A stretch of 64,000 nucleotides of DNA from an uncultured Spirochaetales bacterium (lineage in GTDB: Bacteria; Spirochaetota; Spirochaetia; Treponematales; Breznakiellaceae), in assembly GCA_964492245.1 (NCBI GenBank), contig CAZBJJ010000005.1, positions 7,862 to 71,861 on the forward strand. The letters are read 5' to 3'. A program made the translations under genes and the position numbers. Under the pieces are notes generated by a model. The model worked only from the letters and a program-made list of their open reading frames with translations, was not told the origin of the DNA and did not search any database. How positions within the stretch are numbered: the first letter of the stretch is position 1; the number at the start of each line of letters is the position of its first letter. Below, one piece after another: positions 62,236 to 64,000 of this stretch.

Positions 62236-63612
62236 ATGGTATTACTGGCTGTCGACGACGATTTTACCCAGCTGTCGCGAATAAGAGCACAATGTACACA
62301 GATACAATATCCCAAAATAGAGCTTCTTACTGCAGAATCCCTGTCCTCTGCACTGGCGGTGCTGGGGCGAAACACGGTAGATATTATTTTAAGCGATTTT
62401 AAAATGGAAGATGGCACCGGCCTGGACCTTTTACGTTTTGCAAAGGCCCTGAACCCCCTTGTTCCCGTGGTTATTATGACCGCCTATTCGGACACGCGCG
62501 AGGCGGTAAAATTATTAAAAATGGGCGCCGACGATTATTTAATAAAGCCGGTAGAAACTGCCGATATCGAAAAAATACTTATTCGCATTAACGAAAAAAA
62601 CCTCTTAATTCGCGAAAAATACATCCATATTCCCCATTTTCAATATCTGCCAAACACGAATCCAAGCCTAGTATACGTCTCGGCAACAATGGCCAGTTTG
62701 TTGCGCCTGGCAGACCAGGCCGCACGCAGTTCGGTAAACGTTCTTATTCGCGGCGAAAGTGGGGTGGGCAAGGAGACACTTGCCCGTTTTATCCATGAGC
62801 GCAGCCCCCGAGGCAAGAGAGAGTTTTTGTCGGTAAACGTGGCCAGCAATGTGGACGAGAAAACCACAGCGCAGCTCTTTGGCAATGGTGCCCAGGGCAT
62901 TTTAGAAAAGGCCAAGGGCGGCAGCCTGCTCATTAAAGAAATTTCTGCTCTGTCTCCGGCTCTTCAGGTCGAGCTTTTTGAATATTTGGATGCCATAGAA
63001 AGGCAGTGCGATGTACAGGAAAAAGTCGATGACACAGTGCGCCTGCTTTTTAGCAGCATCGCCGATTTAAACGCCCTGGTAGAAGAGGGCCTTTGGCGGC
63101 GAGATCTCCTATATCGCATTGGGGTAATCTCTATCGAAATTCCCCCCCTGCGCGAAAGAAAAGAGGACATTGTGCCCATTGTCGAGCACTGCATTGCCCG
63201 GGCCAATGCGCGCAATAAAAAAAATGTTAAAACTATTTCGCGCGAAGCAATGGACAGGCTTATGCGACATTCTTTTAAGGGAAATGTGCGCGAACTCGAG
63301 ATGATAGTGGAGCACGCGGTGGTCTTGGCTTCGACCGAGTATATTTTGGAACGCGATCTACCCCCACTGGACGAAGACGCCGCGCAAATGGAGCAGATGC
63401 TTAAAATAAAGGCAAGCTACGAGATGCGCATGTCACTTTTTGAGCGTGAGCTTATTAGCGATGCACTGCGAACGAGCCAGGGCAATAAAAGTGCAGCGGC
63501 CAGGGAATTGGGCATTAACGAGCGCCATCTTCGCTCTCGCCTAGAGCGCCTTGCCCTAGCAGGCTATGCCGTAGACGATGTCGTCCTGCAACGAAAAATA
63601 AGCAAAAAATAG
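62236..63612 (+). CDS. NtrC-family response regulator (REC, AAA+ domain, Fis-type HTH) with a degenerate AAA+ core
   Basis: REC: VDDD...ILSDFKMEDGTG...MTAYSD...KPV. AAA+: GESGVGKE, RRDLLYRI, PPLRERKEDI and GNVRELE. HTH: GNKSAAARELGINERHLRSRL. The GAFTGA loop is absent and Walker B reads LLIKEI. Confidence 0.85.
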   Translation: MVLLAVDDDFTQLSRIRAQCTQIQYPKIELLTAESLSSALAVLGRNTVDIILSDFKMEDGTGLDLLRFAKALNPLVPVVIMTAYSDTREAVKLLKMGADDYLIKPVETADIEKILIRINEKNLLIREKYIHIPHFQYLPNTNPSLVYVSATMASLLRLADQAARSSVNVLIRGESGVGKETLARFIHERSPRGKREFLSVNVASNVDEKTTAQLFGNGAQGILEKAKGGSLLIKEISALSPALQVELFEYLDAIERQCDVQEKVDDTVRLLFSSIADLNALVEEGLWRRDLLYRIGVISIEIPPLRERKEDIVPIVEHCIARANARNKKNVKTISREAMDRLMRHSFKGNVRELEMIVEHAVVLASTEYILERDLPPLDEDAAQMEQMLKIKASYEMRMSLFERELISDALRTSQGNKSAAARELGINERHLRSRLERLALAGYAVDDVVLQRKISKK

Positions 63613-63615
63613 GCC

Positions 63616-64000
63616 CTATACTGGCAGGGGGATGGGCTCGCTAAGGGCGTAACCCTGGGCATAATCTACACCAATTTGGCGCAAAAGTTTGAGCACCTCT
63701 TTATTGCGCACAAATTCGCCAACAGTCTTTAAACCCATCACATGCCCCATCGAATTTATTGCCTCTACCATAGTGTAATTGACCACACTCTCGTCTATCG
63801 TCTGCACAATGGCGCCATCAATTTTTAAGTAATCCACCGGCAAAGATTTAAGATAATTGAACGACGAAAAGCCCGAGCCAAAATCGTCCAGCGAAAAAGT
63901 AAAGCCCTGCTCCTTAAGCTCGCTCATAAAGCGAGAGGCATGGGTTAGGTTTTGAATGGCAGAGGTCTCGGTAATTTCAAAACAAAAGCAGTGAGGATCT
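63616..64000 (-). CDS. EAL-domain protein, C-terminal part only. The 5' end lies beyond the window.
   Basis: CFEITETS...LKEQGFTFSLDDFGSGFSSFNYLKSLPVDYLKIDG...VGEFV...IGVDYAQGY are EAL signature blocks. The frame stays open to position 64000. Confidence 0.8.
   Translation of the reverse strand, partial: DPHCFCFEITETSAIQNLTHASRFMSELKEQGFTFSLDDFGSGFSSFNYLKSLPVDYLKIDGAIVQTIDESVVNYTMVEAINSMGHVMGLKTVGEFVRNKEVLKLLRQIGVDYAQGYALSEPIPLPV

Noticed and set aside
62157-62417. ORFs 62157..62402 (plus) and 62193..62417 (minus) upstream of or overlapping the response-regulator start
   Set aside because: They overlap the putative pheT terminator and the well-supported REC domain start at 62236. There is no homology or RBS.

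Overview
Gene-dense chromosomal window with about 57 protein-coding genes on both strands and one tRNA-Leu(CAG). I saw no rRNA, CRISPR array, transposase, integrase or prophage genes. The content looks like core spirochaete chromosome. This is an inference from an archaeal-type long-alpha/short-beta PheRS pair, a ThrRS without the TGS domain, an M23-bactofilin shape module, many lipoprotein or signal-peptide starts, and many cyclic-nucleotide signalling genes. Main blocks, in order: pepT and clpP. An feoA-feoB-Cys-rich-peptide iron importer converging on a DUF1007/NicO metal transporter pair. An SDR gene and two tandem MATE pumps. A CHASE2 adenylate/guanylate cyclase divergent from a three-gene secreted-protein operon that includes a FecR-domain protein. 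A TetR gene plus a membrane-anchored protein. Two RNA methyltransferases. thrS. A GH9-like hydrolase. Citrate synthase. potABCD plus ychJ. A PAS-GAF-HD-GYP protein. An MbfA-like ferritin-VIT1 iron exporter. A third MATE pump. A complete pyrB-I-C-F-K-D-E operon. A YfcC transporter plus an M20 peptidase. An M23-bactofilin-DUF327-PSP1-TIM-barrel operon. tatD and dus. A GGDEF cyclase. A rhomboid protease. pheST. An NtrC-family regulator. A partial EAL gene. Nothing resembles a known mobile or defence system. The items most worth follow-up are: (1) the CHASE2-cyclase/secreted-trio unit; (2) a candidate translation-coupled attenuator with a 17-codon leader peptide in front of pyrB; (3) GC-rich tandem repeats with unit lengths that are multiples of three, sitting in or beside conserved genes (feoA tail, pyrC loop, potB tail, thrS-rlmM spacer); (4) an NtrC-like regulator lacking the GAFTGA loop and the Walker B aspartate. 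Many first starts in the ORF track use TTG or GTG and are too long. I moved starts downstream where a Shine-Dalgarno motif and homology supported it.
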